Below are positions 49,091 through 53,449 of a stretch of 53,449 bases of DNA, in pieces. The notes under the pieces are model-generated. The model saw nothing but the letters and a program-made list of their open reading frames with translations, did not search any database and was not told the origin of the DNA. The position numbers and the translations under genes are program-made. The stretch spans positions 62,274,635 to 62,328,083 of the forward strand of contig NC_068984.1 in assembly GCF_001194135.2 (NCBI RefSeq). The letters are read 5' to 3'. Source of the DNA: Octopus bimaculoides (Eukaryota). Position 1 is the first letter of the stretch; each line of letters starts with the position of its first letter.

Positions 49091-51020
49091 CCCTCCCTTC
49101 AGATACATACAAAAGAACATTAAATTATTTTTAATCTAACATTGTTTTTAAATTTACAAAATTTACACCCATCACTATATAATCTAACATAATTATTTAA
49201 TCCCAGAAATGCGAACCTAGACACTACCATTTTGCTAACCTAAGGCTTACCATTATACTAGACACACACATATTTCATGCTTTAGCTAACATCACGCCCT
49301 TTACGAAATACATGTAGATTTTGTAGCTAATATCAACATTCTGATTTTCGTCCTGAGCAGTAAAATTAAATTATATTAACAATATGACTGCTGCAGGAAA
49401 ACACCTCTACCGCCTAAAACTGAAATAACAAAGAATCACATTTGTTTTAAGTACTATAACGCAACAAATACACACGCACCCCCGCACACAGCCTCAGACA
49501 CACATATCCACACATACATGTACAGATTCATAAATATACATAACGCATCTGTGAATACTGCTCACGATTGTAAGGATGATTGTAGAACGAGCAAGCAGTA
49601 TCTTTGGGAAAGGTATTTCATTTAAGATTGCTTTTGTCCACTCACATGAAAACCGTGCCAACCGGCAGCTTCTGCAGTCCGTTATTTCTTCAGCTGTCAC
49701 AAATCTGATGGTCTCCTAAGACAATGGTAGAAGTTTGGATAAGATGTATGTGAATGCTCACGAATACATAGAGATCTTAAAACACTTAGCAAAAGTTCAG
49801 CACATGCTAACAGTTGTACTCACTTGAAACTGTATAATATTTCATTTTGATTGTGGATTTTTTGATTCTCGTATGAGTCCCTCGCACATGACATCTTGAT
49901 AATGCATCTGAGAAAATATTACAAACGTTAATTAATGTTTACGGTGGGTTTAGAAACTTCTTTTACTCCAAATGAATTCACAGGTACGGATACGAGAATT
50001 CTCTTTTCACAAACTTCAATCAAAGAGCATTGATCCAACTGAAGGCTACACTTAAAAATACAACTGCACGTGGCCCCAGGTCGCGGAACTGAATCCAGAA
50101 TAATGAAGCTCTGAAGAGAACTTCGCAGTCACACTCATGTGTGTTACTTTAACTAGTCCGAATAACCACGATGAAACCGATATCACTCCTTGCTTTTACA
50201 TCAGCCCCCACCCCCACCACCATTTCCCATTCAAGTGTCTGTTTTAATGGGATCCCATATCTGGATAGCATTTATATTTGTTCCTTAAGGATGTAATTGT
50301 TATCGTCATACAATACATTTGTTGTACTATCTAACCTGTCTTGAAATCAAATTTTTAGGTATCGGGATTATATTAATTAATATACATATCGTAACGTTCA
50401 TAATATTTTAAACTATGATGCGAATATTTAATTATTCAACTCATTGTATTTATATTTAAAAAATATTATTCTAATAATCAATAATAATTCAGTATAATTA
50501 TATGTAATTTTAAATGAGATGAAAATTAATTTATCTATTAGGGTATATTACAAGAAAATATTTTAATTCATCAATCATAAGTTTTATACACATGAAACGT
50601 TTATCTATAAACATTTATTTATACGTCTCGTGACTCTTTATGGAATTATTGAATATCAAATATTTGAAATAAATATTTATATATTTTCATGTTTTTATTA
50701 ATCAAAAATGATCAATTGATTAAAAACTAATTATATGCATTCCTGATGAGAATATTTATTTCGTAAAATTTATTACAATTTTTGTTTTAAAATTATTGAT
50801 AGACAATATAATTACAAATTTGTTAAATCATAACTCTTTAAAAATTTATGGAAAAGACAAGGGAAAGTTTGAAAGCAAATAGAATATTCAAAAATGTAAT
50901 AATCTTATTGTAACAATCGGGCGAAACAATGTTTAATCATTCCACATATCACAGATGTCAAAATTTCGCGAACAGTTCCGACCGCGTATTTCAATCGTAA
51001 AATTTAGAATATATAATCAT

Positions 51021-51198
51021 TTCTACTATAGGCATATGGTCTAAAAGTTCGGGAGAGGAGGCTGCTCAAATGATACTTATCTTATCAAACCCGGAAGGAT
51101 AAAACGCTAAAGTCGACCTTAGCGAAATTTGAACTCAGAACGAAAAGTCACTAAATGTTTTAGTCCGGCGTGCTAACGCTTCTGCCAGATCGCCGCCT
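51021..51198 (-). mobile_element. SINE family A copy
   Basis: ttctactataggc...aaagtcgaccttagcgaaatttgaactcagaacg...gcgtgctaacgcttctgccagatcgccgcct. Confidence 0.85.
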
Positions 51199-51511
51199 CT
51201 TTAAGGAAATATAATGCAATGGTTTGAAACGGGAATAGAAGTTTAATTACAGGAAAGATGCACATCAAAGAGATCACAAAACAAATTTCGATCTTGAATG
51301 AGTATGGGGATAATTGAGCTTAACAATCTCACATAACGTTGCTATAACCAAAGCCTCTAGATGTAATAGGGAAATGGAATATTCTCCGATAGTCACACTT
51401 CACCCATAAATTCAAAATCCAGATGCTTACTCCTGATTTGTGAATATACCTGTCCTATGAAATTTCTCATGCAGGAAATATTAGTTCATTGAACGATAAT
51501 TAATTCTATTT

Positions 51512-51706
51512 AAAATTTTAGGGGAGGGGAGTGATAATCGATTATATGCGTTACAGTGCACAAATAGTACTTATTTTCTCAAATTCAAAAGGGTAAAAGA
51601 TGAAGTCGATCTTTGCGGAATATGAACTCAGGACGTAAAGGGCCAAAACAAATACTACTAAAGCAATTTTTTCGGTGAACTAACAACTCTACAATCGCGC
51701 TGCCTT
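51512..51706 (-). mobile_element. SINE family A copy (degenerate)
   Basis: aaattttaggggagggga...aatcgatt...gtacttattt...aagtcgatctttgcggaatatgaactcaggacgtaaag. Confidence 0.75.
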
Positions 51707-52257
51707 AGGTTACAAAAGGTTGTTTGTGTTAAAGTTAATCAGAGTATAAATTACTGTATCCATGAGTCTTAGAGATTCTACGAAGTTGGTACAATTAATG
51801 TGAGCGATAGTCAAAGTTAATTCCAGCTGAGAAATGGTAATAGCGAAACTGAATTGAAGAGTAAAAACGAGTTCGGCACCCATTGATTGATTAAACGGAA
51901 ACTAAATCAATTTCAGATTTCCCTAAAGAAAACAAAATATCCCCGTCAATTCAGAAAGATCCANNNNNNNNNNATATAAAACGTATGTGTGTGACATCAA
52001 ATGCAGTGAATTTAATATCAAAGCACTTTAAGCTGATCCTTTTCATCTCTGGTTTTTTTTTATGTATTTTGTAATTGTATCTTGGCTTTCACAATATATA
52101 TGGCTATATTTGTGTTTGCAAACTGTTGGGAATGACATATCACTCTGGGTGTGCATTATCGAACTGACTGAAGTGGTAAGTAGATCTAACGAAGAAATTT
52201 TGAAAACAATCACCTGAGGAGAGGCAATTTACACCTTGTTCAAAGATGTGGGGTAGC

Positions 52258-52715
52258 GTGACGTCACCCTCACTGGAGATGCACCCAAAGACACCACGTT
52301 TAGGGAAATTTGGTTTTCATGAAATACATGTCACGTCTCCTAGCCTTTGCAATATTCTCAGAGCATTCAGCGGAAGTCACGATGCAGCATTTTCAATATT
52401 CAATGCCTTACAATTCTCTATATCAGCTAAATTTTTGTCGTCTACCTCTTTAATATTTGTGCTCTCTAACACCGTTAACTTTTCACTAATACGTCAAGCT
52501 GTTTCTGAAAAGAACAGACACAAATTTCGTCAAATTTAGCCCGAAAGTCATTAGCGTCACTCTGTTCGACCGTCAGCTTGAAACAAGACAATTTGTAGCA
52601 TTTGGAAAATGTTCTAATATGACGTCATTACAATTATGAATTTTCGATATAAATTAAAGTGGGGTTCTGATATTTCTTTTTCCTTTGATTTATATTTCTT
52701 TCGAAAATTTCGTCA
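52258..52715. promoter_or_regulatory. Cluster of CRE/ATF motifs (candidate regulatory element)
   Basis: TGACGTCA at 52259 and 52620; CGTCA half-sites at 52492, 52528, 52555, 52571 and 52711. Confidence 0.4.
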
Positions 52716-53237
52716 ACTTTTATTGTGATTTCATAATTTACTAATTTTCCTTATAAATACACGCCGATGGTTTTCAATTAATATATTTGAAGAAACAAAA
52801 TATAATAGTGAAAGTAATCAATTTTTAAAATTGAATACAGATGAGCAACACCGAGAAAAATAAGTGTTGTATTTTTTCTGTTCAAAGTGTTATTTTTCTC
52901 ACACGCCATTGAAAAATATCACTGTGAGTATGTTACTCTCAAATAGTGAGGAAAAGGTAAGATAATGTTGAGAAGACTGCAAAAAGAAAAGACAAGCTAA
53001 TAAAAATAGCGACAGATTTACAATCAGTAAAACAGTTATTTCTGTCGTAAATCTACTTGGATGTTTTTAAGGCAATACCTTGTACCACTTGAAACTATTT
53101 ATTTTTGAGGTGAAGAAATCTTCAGTTAGTAAAGCCGTCAATTCTGCTGTTTGTAAGGTTAAATATTATACTTTTCCACTTCAATAGTTGTTGATATAAC
53201 ACAATTATCTTTTATCATATACTTGTTTCAATTATTG

Positions 53238-53370
53238 GACTTCGGCCGTGCTGGAGCACCACCTTCAAGTGTTTCATCAAATAGATCGATCCAGTACTTG
53301 TCCGTGTCTTTTGCCGAACAGCTGAATAAAGAGGACGTAAACAAGCCGGCACCTATAGTCAAGCGGTAGT

Positions 53371-53375
<5 letters not shown>
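53238..53375 (-). mobile_element. SINE family B 3' tail fragment
   Basis: gtcttttgccgaacagctg...ggacgtaaacaagccggcacc...gtcaagcggtagtgggacacac is the reverse complement of the tail at about 39215-39295. Confidence 0.65.

Positions 53376-53449
<74 letters not shown>

Larger units (their letters stand above)
5721..51973. other. 16 assembly gaps (N runs) within this span
   Basis: N runs at 5721-5936, 6616-6736, 14890-15170, 15961-16748, 17808-17817, 25699-25761, 28019-28485, 29561-29570, 31171-31180, 31919-32470, 33013-33136, 35666-35912, 37075-37491, 39934-40470, 48336-48588 and 51964-51973. Most are flanked by simple repeats. Confidence 0.99.

Noticed and set aside
11166-52715. Functional link between the PKI-like ORF and the CRE cluster
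   Set aside because: They are 41 kb apart with nothing in the sequence connecting them; the shared cAMP theme may be coincidence.

Overview
AT-rich, repeat-dense eukaryotic scaffold with 16 N-gaps, most bordered by (TA)n or (CA)n. No prokaryotic features, CRISPR arrays or true tRNA/rRNA genes were seen. The repeat families look, from memory and unverified, like those of a coleoid cephalopod, probably Octopus. Nearly all ORFs in the track are microsatellite or gap artefacts or transposon debris. One plausible host coding exon (11166-11741, +) carries a PKI-like PKA pseudosubstrate motif. Mobile DNA includes two full-length decayed mariners with TIRs and TA duplications, a mariner 5' fragment, a Tc1 relic, several MITE or fold-back elements, Penelope-like RT and GIY-YIG relics, RTE LINE fragments and many tRNA-headed SINEs. 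The best candidate for an undescribed system is a 555-bp insertion (29811-30365) flanked by a perfect 14-bp direct repeat. It is a head-to-head dimer of a unit made of a tRNA-like Pol III head, (AAT)n and a minimal Penelope-type hammerhead ribozyme. All alignments and translations were done by eye; family names are from recall and need database confirmation.
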